NCBI GenBank assembly: GCA_951406725.2
Contig: OX597825.1
Location: 27,652,001-27,716,000, forward strand
From: Octopus vulgaris
Lineage: Eukaryota
DNA: 64,000 nucleotides
Direction: 5' to 3'
How positions within the stretch are numbered: the first letter of the stretch is position 1; each line of letters begins with the position of its first letter. The notes beneath the pieces were generated by a model that saw nothing but the letters and a program-made list of their open reading frames with translations, had not been told where the DNA came from and ran no database searches. The position numbers and the translations under genes are program-made. Shown here in pieces: positions 1 through 14,271 of the stretch.

Positions 1-1594
1 AAATAAATAGACATAATGTTATGTCTAACAGTTGTTGTACACTCTTTCTGTATCCCCTCAATTTTCTTCTTGCCGTGTGTATATATATAAAGTGTTATAA
101 GGATTGCGTCTTACCTCTGCAAAATTGCAGAAGTAATGTTAGTTAACTTGTTATCATGATTTCGAATTTAGAGCCAAAAATACACTTGATTCTCTACAGC
201 TTAGTCTACAAGTAGCAAATTCACGTATCAAAGTGTAATTTGGCGCTAAATTCGAAACCATGATGTCAAGGTTCCATCTTGCATTATTGCAGCGGTAAGG
301 GGAAATAATTATTTCACTTAAGTTTTTTTTCTCAGCCATGTATATGAGTATATAGTGTTAATTTTTGTGGCTTCGGAGTATTTTGACTCTTATTTTCAGC
401 AAAGTAGTTGTTTAAAACAGAGCCTTTATTATATAAATATATATATATATAAAATACAAAATGGGACAAGAACATAAAACAGTTAGGTGATACAAAAAAG
501 GGGACAATAAAACATCCAGATAGACGATACAAAGAAAACAAGGACAGGTCATTCGTTATTTTTCCTCAGTCGAGATCCAGATTATCTTTGCAATTTCGGC
601 TGGTAATACTCGAGATTGCTCCAATCTGGCCAGCCCCAAGGAAAATCTAAGCTAAGAGCTTTAGATCCCTTGGAAGAAGGCAGTGAATGCATACGAAGAC
701 AAAGACTGAAAAAATGGAGTGTGTTACACAAATGCAAATAACAGGACATAACAACAGATGTCTTTCGACTATGGACGAATTATATGAAGCTGGCGTGTCT
801 GAAAGTATAGCCTTACGGCAGGGATGCAATATTTAACAGGCACAGGGAGGAATGTAGATTTTGCCCAGACAGCGGTCGAATCAAGAAAGTAGGTTAGGCT
901 TGGCCGAACACTGTCACGTGGGGAGAGAAGAGACAGAGGTAGAGGCAGAGGGACAGAAGAAATAAGGAGGGGTACGAAAAATGACAGGGACACAATGAGA
1001 TGAAAAGAGGAGGGAAAGTGAGCATGAAGAAAAGGCAAGAAAATGTGAGAGAGGGGGAACGAAAGAAGGAAGTAAGTGTGAAAGGGCTGATAAAAAGAAG
1101 GAAAGAATAAAAGAAAGGAAGAATAGAGTCGTACATGATTTAGATATATATATATACTTACATATAAGAGTCCAAAGTGTACGTACGCCGCCATATATAT
1201 ATATTAGGGAATAACAATTCTGGCCTCACATGGATACGAATAAATTGAATTATTCTCGATAACAAAATATGTCAGTTAGAGATAGAAGTCCCCATGCAAT
1301 TCATCAAATCCTAATATACATCACACATATCATAGAATTTTATTGTAATACTTACTATTTCAGTTCCAAATTTCTCTTCTACACGTGTTTCATGAGGTGC
1401 GCTTAACGTTTCCGAGACCCCCAGTCTTTTTCAGAAACATGTCTTTGCTGCAACCCCAATCATCAGGACTCTCCATAACTTGTTTATAATTCTATAACTA
1501 TTGCTATACCTTTACATTTTATCAGTTACCAATGTAACTAACAAACATGCGGGATTACAAATATATATGTATATATATATGTATATATATATAC

Positions 1595-1644
<50 letters not shown>

Positions 1645-1650
1645 ATATGG

Positions 1651-1708
<58 letters not shown>

Positions 1709-3863
1709 CAGATAGATAGGTTTTATGCGTGTGAGGGTTGGTGCTTGCATAAAAGTACGTTTTGACGCAGAAATATCTACTAAATTTATTCAAATCGTAC
1801 AGGAAAAAAATATTAACCCATTGGCAATTGTAACCGACTGAGTATATCAAAGGGAAATAATTGTGCTAGGCATTTGTTTCTCAAAACTCTCAAAACTCTC
1901 GAAACAGAAGATAGTTTCAAGAAGTCAAATTTAATCGCTGTTTTTGGATATAATCCATCGACTGCCACGAAATTCCAGTCACTTGTCACTCTCACTAATT
2001 TCTGTTGGCTCTGCTGGTTAAATTTTCTCCTTTATTTCCTCTCGAAATCAGAGCATCAAGTCTACTTTCAGTCAAGATTTGGCACCTATGGAAGAAGACA
2101 TATGTGTTCACACCTCTCTATTTTTCTCTAGGGAAAAGAATACTATCCGGAAATCTATTGATTCCTTGAAAATCTTACCTTTTCAATCAGTTGGAATTTC
2201 CTTTGATGTTTAACTTCTGTTGGGATTTTCATTAGAATTTGTTAATATTACTTGAAACCGAAGATAATTTCGATAACTCGCATTTTTCCCATTTTTCTCC
2301 CGCTGTATCTGAATTCGTTTACATACACACATATATGAGTGTCTGCGTGTGTGCGTGCGTACGCTTACATAGATGTATGTTTGCGAATGTATATAAGGTT
2401 TGAAGTACATTTTTACATTAGACTGTATATGTGTTATTAAAACTGTATTCACGCACGTGACAAATTCAAAAGCCTGTTTGTAATTGTTAAAGGAAAGAAC
2501 TACTAAATTATGATTTTTTCCTTAGGGTATACAGCCTGCAGGCTGTGTACCCCGTTTATATAAAATCAACATTACATAAACGTTCATACTTGAAGTAAGA
2601 AGAAAACTACTTCCGTTTGCTGGAAACAAGAAAACATTGTGATCTATCAAGATATTCTCAAAAAGTATTAAGTTTTGATGAAAAGCTATTTATTCAGAAC
2701 CCAACCCAGCCAGGAAGGAAAACACTTTTGTGTCTTTAATAAAATCATGCACAAATAATAACCAGACGCAAGGATGCCCTTGGACACTCTTTTATGTAAT
2801 TATAGTTATAGATCAGAAATTGCCAAACTTTCTCGACTATCGACCCCTTTAGCCATTTAAAATATCTTAATACCCAACCCCACCGTACCATATCTTAAAC
2901 GCATACCGGGTACTGATGCTGGCAGAAACGTTTATGAGATATGTATTTAATATCATATCTCCCCTAGCAGGACTGGCCATTTCCATAAGAAAAAAACACT
3001 TGACAATCCGCATCTCCTCAATCATGGCTCACAATCTTCGATTAAGATACAGATTGTGATATCAGGTCTCGAAAATTAGCAACAGCAGATTTCTCGCTGC
3101 AGTGAAATTTTTTTATGTATTCCTAAATTTCATAGTGCTGACTAAGTATTCCAACCAGTGCATCTGGGTGAGCTGGTCCTTCGTACGCCGACCTCCATTC
3201 GACCTCTTGGTTCTCTTCGACGCCCCTGTAATTTCTCGCCGACCTCTAGACGACACATGTTCTAGACGAACTACATAATTTATCAAAATATGTGCAGTAG
3301 CAAGACATTGTCATACTAAATTTATATATATAGTCAAAAATACAGTCTCAATGTTGTTAGAAGTACAGCATAAGCACATGCAGGACATAGAGTAACATAT
3401 ATTATTTAGGGACGTTTATTATTTAGACAAAGCAACATTCGCCATGTTTTACTTAAATTTATTTGCATAGTTTCGAAACACTTCGCGATAGGTTTAATAT
3501 AATAAAAGTAACGTATAATGTTGGTGTTTATAGAGCTGTGACCTTTAAATAGTTAGATCCTTATATAATTTGTGGAATACACACAAATTTAAAATTCATC
3601 TGGTATTGAATTATAGATCTAACACGTATCTACATAGAAAATTATGCATTACGTAATTTTGAACATACAGTTTACTTTCATTCAAATATTCGTTGCCACG
3701 TTCCATATTTTCTTGACCATTCCATTAATCTTAAGCGTTAATTCTTGCAGAGTTTTAGTTTAGTGAAAAGTGAATGAAAGAAAAAATAACAACAATGTGT
3801 CCGAGGAATTTTCAACAACAATGGAACGCAGGAATTGATCTTAATTAGAATGTGAAACAACAA

Positions 3864-3944
3864 ATGCTGTATTTGGGTTGGAGAGGGTTTATGGAAATGG
3901 TTTTCGTGACATGCATTACTATGCTTCTGCTGATCAGATTCTGG
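3864..3944 (+). CDS. Speculative first coding exon encoding a signal-peptide-like sequence
   Basis: [27 protein letters not shown]; upstream acceptor ttcttgcag|3751; weak donor TGG|gtaccg. Confidence 0.2.
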
Positions 3945-4052
3945 GTACCGAAAAATATTTGTATACATGCATATATATATATACACTCACAAACACATAC
4001 ATACGTAAATATATATGTGCATATACATATACATATACAAACACGCACACAC

Positions 4053-4093
<41 letters not shown>

Positions 4094-4226
4094 CATACAT
4101 ATGTGCATATATATACATACATTATATATATATGCATGCATATGTATGTATATATATATATATGTAAGTATATATATAGATATACATATACATATGTATG
4201 TATATGTACGCATATGTGATTGTGCT

Positions 4227-4266
<40 letters not shown>

Positions 4267-4353
4267 CCTATTTGCATATATATGTACGTGTGATATATCC
4301 ATGTGTGTAAGTGTATATATATAAAATACATATACATATATATATTGTATATA

Positions 4354-4385
<32 letters not shown>

Positions 4386-4943
4386 ATGTATGTATGTATC
4401 TATAGCTATATATGTATTTATATATATATGTGTGTGTGTGTATGTGTGCGTGCGTGTGTGTATGTACGACATATGCATGTATCATACGAAACGACACCAG
4501 TCTTGTGAAGCTTTCATTAGAAGAGCTGATAAAAACGGATGTCATACAATATAACAATTGTCTTAGTTTCTTAGCAGACAAAACGACATGATACGAATAC
4601 ATGTAATGTCATTACTGTTTAGATTCCTGTGTTAGATTACTGACAGACCTCTTGTCTCTGCGCAGAACTTTACTTTGTAGTCGCCATGGAAAGACGGTTT
4701 GTAATACGATTCAGTTGCATGCAGTAAACGTATAAAGAAAGTTATCAAAAATTAAGTTTGAAACAATACCACCACCAGCACCACTATAAATAATTATAGT
4801 AATAATAATAATGATAATAATTTCCCCTTTATTTTATTTGTTTTCTTCCTTTCTTTTTTCCTTTATCACCTTGTTTCTTCTGTTTTTTGGGTTTTTTTTT
4901 ACTACATGATTTGTAAACGAATTTCGTGTGTTTCTCTTAACAG

Positions 4944-5018
4944 CCTAGCAATGTATACAGTGAGTTGCTTTGCCCTAGGTGCTGGAAGACTCTCGGCGAG
5001 AAATGGAAGCAAAATTGA
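4944..5018 (+). CDS. Speculative exon (PSNVYSELLCPRCWKTLGEKWKQN*, or a 16-nt micro-exon ending at 4959)
   Basis: Long pyrimidine tract 4820-4940, acceptor tctcttaacag|, internal donor |gtgagt at 4960. Confidence 0.2.
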   Translation, partial: PSNVYSELLCPRCWKTLGEKWKQN

Positions 5019-5022
5019 ATTG

Positions 5023-5279
5023 AAAGAAGAAGAAGAAGAAGAAGAAGAAGAAGAAGAAGAAGAAGAAGAAAAAGAAAAAGAAGAAAAAGAAGAAAAAGAA
5101 GAAAAAGAAAAAGAAGAAGAAGAAGAAGAAGGAGAAGAAGAAGAAGACGAAGAAGGAGAAGAAGAAGAAGAAGAAGAAGAAGAAGAAGAAGAAGAAGAAG
5201 AAGAAGAAGAAGAAGAAGAAGAAGAAGAAGAAGAAGAAGAAGAAGAAGAAGAAGAAGAAGAAGAAGAAGAAGAAGAAGA
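5023..5279 (+). repeat. (GAA)n microsatellite
   Basis: Directly visible. Confidence 0.97.
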
Positions 5280-5538
5280 TAACAGCTTTCGTTTCAGTAG
5301 GTATCAATTTTACATACACTTCGTACTTAACTGAAAAGAGATTGTGTAAGACTAAGTTGATAATTATTTCGGTGGTAATGAGTGTACTAACATACATTAA
5401 AAGTGAGAGTCGCATTGTCGGGCTGCAGGAAAGTAGAAATGTATATTCTGCAAGAATCCCAGGCAAGTGCCTTCAGATTTGTTGAAACTTGTTGTCACTA
5501 AACTTCAAGATTACTAGAGTAACAAGCAATAGTTTAAA

Positions 5539-5719
<181 letters not shown>

Positions 5720-5728
5720 TATATACAC

Positions 5729-5792
<64 letters not shown>

Positions 5793-5977
5793 GCGCATTC
5801 ATAGACACACACGTACATACATACATACATACACACATAAGTGCTAGCCTCATACGCACGGATCCACACGCACCACAAATACACAGAAACACATACAAGT
5901 TACACACACGTGCATATTTGTAGTCTTGCGTATATCTAGCTCTCCCTCTCCCTCTCTCTCTATATATATATATAGAC

Positions 5978-6008
<31 letters not shown>

Positions 6009-6260
6009 CATGTGTGGGTGTGACGGAGATGGAGAGAGAGTATACATATACATAAACGACTCTCCCGTCGTTAGACGACGCATGCGGATTCGATAAAGTC
6101 TAACCGAACAACCACACAGATGATTTGTTTATAGTGATCAAATGTTTATTAATACATAAGCCAACTCTCTCCAACAAATCGACATTACCTGTACAGGTAC
6201 AGCGGATGCCGTATGTCAGATGTCGAAATGAACGCATGTGTGTGTGCATGTGTGTGTGTA

Positions 6261-6302
<42 letters not shown>

Positions 6303-6369
6303 AATACAATGGCCCTCAGAATTATTCCTACCTAGGTTAATTTTTTTTTTGGTGATGAATACATTTTGT

Positions 6370-6764
6370 CAAGTATCGCCCGGCGTTGCTCGGGTTTGTA
6401 AGGGAAATAACTATATAAGCGTTTTTAGAGAGTTACAGCCAAAAATTAGCAAAAAAATGCATTAAAAATGGGAAAAAAATGATGGTAATTTTTTTTTTAA
6501 ATCGTTGACTCATCGTAGACATTTTGAAATAGTTACTTCCCTTATATAATAGCGAAAATATGCATTAAAATGGAAAAAAATTATGGTAATTTCTTTTTTA
6601 AATTGTAGACTCATCTTAGACGCACGCTAATACCCAGAAGGGATCGATATGAATCACGACTATAAGATACCCGCTTTTGGTTAAACTGCACCGCAAAATG
6701 TGGGAGTAGTTAGGAATCTAAATCGTAGGAGACAGACACACAATTTCTTTTTTATATATAAAGA
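6370..6764 (-). mobile_element. Non-autonomous Helitron-like element
   Basis: Minus strand starts A|TCTTTATATATAAA and ends with GC hairpin cccgagcaacgccggg ~10 nt from the end (terminal CTAG degraded). A second copy in opposite orientation starts at 10643. Confidence 0.7.
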
Positions 6765-6939
6765 TATGTAACCAACAAGTGAAAGAATAACGACGACAAA
6801 CAATTCAAGAAATTTTATTTTTCAGGGGTATACTTTTCGTGGATTTTCAAAAAATGCCATGTTGAAAATTATTCATACCCTAGGTTTACTGAAACCAATG
6901 TCTACCTTTAATAGTCAATAGCATAGAATTTGCTCTTTT

Positions 6940-7399
6940 ATGATTTCTAGACGATTCTGGTATTTGGCCATATGAATGCTGAATATGTCCTGAGTACAGG
7001 AGAAAAAGCGTACAAGTCAAAGTACACTGTTTCCACCGTGAAGCAAGCTGGTGTAAACATAATGTTATGGGGTTGCTTCTTTCCAAGTGGCACAAGGGAC
7101 GTTGTAAAGGTCCAAGGGATCAAGAGAATGGAGGGTTACATAAGGTCCTTGATGAAAATGTGAAGGAATCCGCTGCGAAACTCCAACTCTGTCACATATG
7201 GCAGTACTAGCAGGACAATGATCCGAAACATAACGCCATGTTAGTGAAAAAAATTGTTCAAGGACAATAATTTCAGAGTTCTGACATGAATAAGTCAGAG
7301 TTCTGACATGAATCTGATCGAGAACGAGAACTTGTGATGAGACTTAAAGTCTAGAGTGAGGGCTAGGAATCCGACCAACCTAACATAACTCAAGGCTTT

Positions 7400-7400
<1 letters not shown>
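6940..7400 (+). mobile_element. Tc1-family transposase remnant (pseudogenised)
   Basis: TVKQAGVNIMLWGCF, QDNDPKH and SQSSDMNLIEN correspond to Tc1 motifs (TVKHGGG..WGCF, QDNDPKH, SPDLNPIE). Confidence 0.82.
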
Positions 7401-7450
<50 letters not shown>

Positions 7451-7710
7451 AAATATTAGGGAATAAATCCAAACTTACAGGGAAAAAATCAGATTTAGGA
7501 TTAAATCTAATTTTATAGTATAAATATATTATATTACATTATATTAAATTAGAGATAAAACCACTATTAGGCAAATCAAACAATGAAAAACATAAGCCAA
7601 TACATAAAATTAATTAATTTATACTATTTTAAATATATATCAAAAATATTAAAAGTTTAATAAAAGATAAAGAGTAAAACACTACGATGGTTTCATGGCT
7701 GTACAATTCG

Positions 7711-7756
<46 letters not shown>

Positions 7757-7784
7757 TGTGTGTGTATACATGTGTATATGCATG

Positions 7785-8420
7785 AGCAGGATTGAGGTTA
7801 GTTGAAATATATTTGTCACATATTTCAACTGCCAAAAAAGACAAATACTTTGCAGTTACCGTGGAGAAAAATCTCTCTTAAGATGATAGGTGTGAAAACA
7901 TCAAGTTCGTTCAGTGTCGCCATCTCTCAAGAATCTCAGACATCGATGTTTCGAGTTCATTGACTCTTTTCACTGAGATGTACCAAAGAGCGGCAACTCT
8001 GAACGAACTGAATAAAACTGTAGCTTTATATATAATTCAGTCAACACGTTGACTAATTTACTCTAGTAGATCGCCTGATTAAATTAGCTAACGAATCATT
8101 GGCGCAAGGCAGTGTGTAGGCTAAGCAGATTATAGGTTAGTCGAAATATGTTTCTCACATATTTCAACTGGTAAAACGAAAAGTACACTGCAATTACCTT
8201 GGAGGAAAATCTGTCTTATCGTAACAGATGTGAAAACACCCAGTTCGTTCAGTGTCACCATGTCTAAGGAACTTCAGACATCGATGATTCGAATTTTTTG
8301 ACTCTTGTCATTGAGATGTACATAAGAGAGGCAACTCTGAACGAACTTAGGTACAACTAATCGATGTTTGAGATTCCTGAGAGATGGCAGCACTGAACGA
8401 ACAGGATGTTTTCACTTCTG
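7785..8420. repeat. Diverged tandem ~235-bp units with internal and terminal inverted segments
   Basis: 7785-8020 aligns with 8122-8358. Each contains gttcgttcagtgtc...ctctgaacgaac. 8362-8416 is an inverted partial third copy. Confidence 0.8.
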
Positions 8421-8496
8421 CTCATACATTTGCACATATTCTTCGTTAATATATATATGTATATATATATATAAACGAATATAACGAAGAGAGAAG

Positions 8497-8567
<71 letters not shown>

Positions 8568-8639
8568 TATATACATATATATACATATATCTCTCTCTAT
8601 CTATATCTATCTCTCTATATATATATATGTGTATATATA

Positions 8640-8703
<64 letters not shown>

Positions 8704-8725
8704 TATTTATATATATATGAAGAAT

Positions 8726-9092
8726 TTTAGTCGAAAGAATCGAACCCAGAACTTATTCGTTTCTAAATCTGGTACTTGTTCAATCGATACCTTTTGCCGA
8801 ACCGCTATACTACTGGTACATAAACGAACCAGAACCGGTTGCCTAACACTTATGGAAGACAAACACAAACATATAGACACACACACAAACTCACACACAC
8901 AGAAACTTGCACACCCACAAACGCAATCTCTCACACATATAAATATATATACGACGGACTTTTTTCAGTTTCAATCTCCTCACAAGGTTTGATCGGCCCA
9001 AGGCTACGGAAAACATTTGGCTACGCAGTGGAAATAAACCCCAAAACATGATGTTGAGAAGCACGCATTTTACCAAACAGCAGCGCCTTGCG
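8726..9092 (-). mobile_element. SINE family 1, degraded copy
   Basis: Recognisable ttttgccgaaccgcta, ctcacaaggtttgatcggccc and head remnants. Confidence 0.65.
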
Positions 9093-9282
9093 TATGTGTG
9101 GATCTTCGTCTTCTTGAGTCTGTGTGTATTTAGGTAGATAGCTATATGGATGGGTGGATGAATAGAGTGTTAGATAATTATACGTAAATATACATATATA
9201 GATATGTGTGGGCTTGTGTGTGTGCTGAAATGTGCGCTTGTATGTATATATATATGTGTATGTATGTATGTATGTATGTATG

Positions 9283-9326
<44 letters not shown>

Positions 9327-9444
9327 TATATATAAGTATATAGTATATAGGTATATAAATATAAATGCATATATGTGTGTGTGAGTTTGTGTCTGTATAT
9401 GTATATATCTACATATATATATATGTATACATATATTACGTATA

Positions 9445-9497
<53 letters not shown>

Positions 9498-10017
9498 GTA
9501 TAGGTATATATATGTATACACGTGTGCACATATACATATATATATATATATTAAGAGTTAAATATCGCCAAACATGTACGCGTAAAGAAAAGAAATGAAT
9601 AATGTTTATGAACAGATATATTGAAATATATTTCCCCCTATGGGAGCCCACATTGTGCACTAGCAAGCGCTGCAGTATTAGTATCATACATACAAACATC
9701 ATGGTAGGAGAGAGCTCTTTTATATCTCATATCTAACATATACAACGATGAAGCTATGCATTTTTTCATGAAAGAAAATAAATGCTACAGAAGAAATTAA
9801 ACGAACAAAAATATGTTTAATATATGCGTACTCACAAAATCTCAGGGATAATATATGTAAATGAATCAAAGATATTCAGTTCTCTGCTTGGTCAAGAAGG
9901 GAATAAATATTAAATTAAATCCCGCAATATATTCAATTTTATGTTCTGTTGATATATCTGTGCTAATGCCAAGATAATGCACCGTACCTTGGACTGGAGA
10001 CAAACATTATATATTCT

Positions 10018-10080
<63 letters not shown>

Positions 10081-10402
10081 ATAGATTTGTATGTATGCAA
10101 ATATATATATGTATATATTTATATATATATATATATATATATACACTAAAACCCACAGACACACACAGACATATATATATATATATATATGCATATATAT
10201 ATATATGCACATATTATTTTAATACTTTTCCAGAGGAATACAGGGATGTCATAATTTCCCAAATTCCCTACAAAGATTATTTAACATTTGAATATTGAGT
10301 ATATATTCGTGACAGATATAACAACACTGCCGCATTATATCATACATCAATACACACGCATACGCAAGTGTGCACACGTCTTTGTTTATATAGTAATATA
10401 TG

Positions 10403-10461
<59 letters not shown>

Positions 10462-10642
10462 GTGTATGTAAATAAACTCGTAAATATCCTAATATTATCG
10501 AAATATAAAGAAGTTTGTTTCTTGTCTTCTGATTTCTGCGCTTCGCAACTTTTTCTTTAGAGGAAGTAGTTCTACAACTAGTGGAGGAACCATGGAATGC
10601 ACCAATCTGTATCTGCATGCACAGAGCGGTCTGGACATCTAA

Positions 10643-10920
10643 TCTTTATATATAAAAGTGAAGTTGTGTGTCTGTCTCCTACGATTTAGATTTCTAACTA
10701 CTCCCATATTTTGCGGTGCAGTGTAACCAAAAGCGGGTATCTTATAGTCGGGATTCATATCGACCCCTTCTGTGTATTAGCGCGTGTCTACGATGAGTCT
10801 ACGATTTAAAAAAAAATTACCATCATTTTTTCCCATTTTTAATGCATTTTCTTTTGCTATTATATATGGGAAGTAACTCTCTAAAAATGTATTATTAAAT
10901 CTCAGAACGTAAAAAACTAC
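10643..10920 (+). mobile_element. Partial second copy of the Helitron-like element
   Basis: Reverse-complement match to ~6425-6764; starts a|tctttatatataaaag; 3' hairpin absent. Confidence 0.68.
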
Positions 10921-10959
10921 ATTTCCTTGCCTATTCGCATTTTCATTATTGAGGGTGCG

Positions 10960-11415
10960 TAATTTTGGACGCCAGTTCTATGTCTGTTAATCGATTTCTG
11001 CCTCTGATCATGTTTATGCGTTCACTTAGATATTATCTGACCCATGCCTCGATCCCTGTTAATCAGTGTCTTCACGGCCACTTCACAGTCTCTAACATTT
11101 TCATTCTCCGGTGACTCTTTCCCACAGTTTTGTGGATGCTGAGATCGTGAACCTTGATCAATTACCCAAGATACTATGGCTTTCTCTTATTAACATCTGT
11201 CTAAAATCCTATTTCTCATCTCATTTCCTGCAGTCAGGACATGTTTCAGTAGTGGTCTGTCCAGCAAATCTCCAGTATATTTCAATAGAACATTGTTTCA
11301 ACTGTCTTGAGCTTGGCAGTTTAGTTTGCTCTTAGGAATAACTTTCAAGACAACAGAATGCAAAATGTCATACGGATGTCTCCAGTAGCTTTATGTTTAA
11401 CTTCTTCTAATGGTC
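10960..11415 (-). mobile_element. Highly degraded RTE-like LINE C-terminal remnant
   Basis: Minus-strand fragments such as ILEICWTD and INKRKP*YLG resemble RTE C-termini; many stops and frameshifts. Confidence 0.35.
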
Positions 11416-11504
11416 TATATATATATATATAGCACTAACTGATTTTGAGGGAGATCTAGCTGCCGAGAGTTGTTTTTGTGTGGAATCTCATTGTATATAC
11501 ATAC

Positions 11505-11569
<65 letters not shown>

Positions 11570-11621
11570 GTATGTATGTATGTATGTGTATGTATGTATA
11601 TATGTATACAAATATATATAT

Positions 11622-12260
11622 AAAGAGGGGTTGGACAAAGAAATGGAAACACCTTAAAATTACAAATAAATTTATTTTCATATGGGGTAGGACCGCCTGT
11701 GGCAGTAATTAGAGATAGGATTCTATGAGGCATGGACTCGTTCAAAGTTAGAATTGTTTCCAAAGGAAATGTTATCCATACTTCAGCTAAAACTGTCTCC
11801 AGTTCTTGTAGCGATGATGGTGGTGGATATCGAATCCTTACTTGTTATTCTAAAATGCACCATAAATGTTCAATAATATTGAGATCTAGGGACTGTGTTG
11901 GCCAGATAAGATATTCAACCTCACGGGGATGATCCTTGTGACATTCACTAACAACTTTAGTATTCTCATCCGGAAAGATTGCGTTTCTCTCTGTAAATAG
12001 TTCTGCAACCATAGGATGAATTTCATCAGATAAAAAGCATAAATTTTCTTGACTATCAATTCTGCCATCAAGGAAAACCATTAGTCCGGCGAATTCCCAA
12101 AATATAGCCTCCGGGTTCATCACAGATCCTCCTCCATCTTTAACAGTTGGAAGAAGGAAGTCTGGGTCAAATGCTTCTTTTGGCTGTTTCCATAGGTATA
12201 CTCGGACCGTGTTCGAAAAGAAGGTAAAGGATGACGCGTCCGAGAAAATACAGGTATGCA
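11622..12260 (-). mobile_element. Tc1-family transposon remnant with one terminus
   Basis: FSDAS, PTVKDGGGSVM, WPTQSLDLNIIEHLW; TIR-like end agaggggttggacaaagaaatggaaacacc next to TA repeats. Confidence 0.85.
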
Positions 12261-12478
12261 AGAAAATGATGAATTTCTCTTGCAGACCTGTATATAACTA
12301 ATTATTAGTACAATTTGCTATATACGAAGTTTAGCCAAATTTCATTCCCTATTGGCTTTCATTGAACAGCTGAATTACCAGTACTAGATGCCTCCCCTTA
12401 ACCACGACCCGAAGAACTAAACTCCCATAGTTTGTGTATATATATATATTTATATAAATGTATGTATGTATTTTACCC

Positions 12479-12511
<33 letters not shown>

Positions 12512-12555
12512 GTTGATTTTGTTGTTGTTGTTGTTGTTGTTATTATTATTATAAT

Positions 12556-12591
<36 letters not shown>

Positions 12592-13869
12592 CAATATAGG
12601 TAAATCTAAAAATAACAATATACGATAATTTAAATTTAAAACTATGTATAGTCTAATTACCCCCTTTGGTACTAATCGCCTATAAACACCTATAGTTGCC
12701 TGCTATCTTCTTCCTCAAATTACCATTTTAGTAGCAGCAAAAAAGATATGTATTTGAATTTTTCTTGTTATATATCACATTTAAACATAGACATTTTTTT
12801 ATTCTGATGTATAATCTTATATCACACATTCTATATTTGACATATACTTGATATTACATGCTTGATATTATATGATTTATATATATATATATATATATAT
12901 AAACTAATTCACATTTATAATGCATAATTTACAAATATTAATTCTTAATATTACAAAGTATAATCTTTATTTTTAATTCTAAATCTTAATATTTAATCTT
13001 TAATGCTTAATTTTATTGCTTATTTTTTAAAGGGATGTAAAATTAGATATATAATATTTTGAAAAAGAACTTGGAATAATTGTAAATGTGACGATTGCAT
13101 ATATGTATTTCTCTCTCTATATATATGTATATGTACGTATACATTTGTGTACATGTAAATATATTGTAATCTTCCAATACTTCTGCCGAAGCGCTAGGTT
13201 ACAGGGACGTAAACACACCAACAACGGTTGTCAAGCGATGGTGGGAGTTCAAACACACACTCACACACACACGCACAACTTTATGTATACATGTATGCGT
13301 GTATGTTTATATCTGCCAATTTATATGATTGCAGCATTAAAGCTGAAACAGGAGTGGCTGTGTGGTAAGCAACCTGCTTACCACACAGCCACTCTGTTTC
13401 TGCTTTAATGCTGCAATAATATAGATTGGCAGATATAAGCATATACGCATACAGGTATACATAAATTTATGTGTGTGTGTGTGTGGAGAATAAGAGAGGG
13501 AGAGACTCTCGACTCTCTGAGAGAGTAGAAGATCTCAGCTGCTTTCTCACCATTACAAATGAACAGAAAGTTTTTCACCCACGAGTTACAAGTTTCAAAT
13601 TTGACTCGGCTAACAAGAATAAAGTTTATGTAAAAAAATTGTTAACGCTGTGATACTTTTTGTTTATCTCACCCACATCAGAAAATTACCACAAACAAAC
13701 ATTGGGTTATTTCCCCACAAAAAGTTGAGTTTATGTGGTGACACCTGATTGGATTAAAAGAGTTAGATCCTTTTGATTGGATACATCTGGCTTCCTCAAT
13801 AGGCATAGTATGATTTGTTATAAAAATGTTATCAGATTCAGTAAGATGCTTGATTTTTTTCAGTTTTCA

Positions 13870-14271
13870 TACTCTTTTACTCTTTTACTTGTTTCAGTCA
13901 TTTGAATGTGGTCATGCTGGAGCACCGCTTTTAGTCGAGCAAATCGACACCAGCATTTATTCATTGTTAGCCTAGTACTTATTCTATCGGTCTCTTTTTG
14001 CCGAACCGCTAGGTTACGGGGACGTAAACACACCAGCATCGGTTATCAAGCAATGTTGGAGGACAAACTCAGACACACAAACATATACACATACACACAT
14101 ATACATACATATATATGACAGGCTTCCTTCAGTTTCCGTCTACCAAATCCATAAAAAAAGGCTTTGGTCGGCCCGGGGCTATAGTAGAAGACACTTACAG
14201 GTACCATGCAGTGGGACTGAACCCAGAACCATGTGGTTCGTAAGCAAGCTACTTACCACACAGCCACTCCC
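13870..14271 (-). mobile_element. SINE family 1 (tRNA-derived head, CORE-like segment, internal TA/TG repeat, LINE-derived tail)
   Basis: Head ggagtggctgtgtggtaag (A box), ggttcagtccc (B box), tail cagtcaaatgactgaaac-type with (gtaaaaga)n. At least 10 copies in the window. Confidence 0.85.

Noticed and set aside
430-900. Possible Penelope-like end with CTGAGGA on minus
   Set aside because: No GAAA and stem arrangement consistent with a hammerhead; family could not be supported.
3845-4554. Overlapping YI/HT/CV-rich ORFs here and throughout the window
   Set aside because: Dinucleotide repeats lack stop codons in some frames; artefacts.
4906-5334. 142-aa poly-Glu ORF
   Set aside because: Translation of a (GAA)n microsatellite; no domain content.
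10561-10640. Exon candidate after ttttctttag
   Set aside because: No donor before the Helitron-like insertion; frames end in stops.
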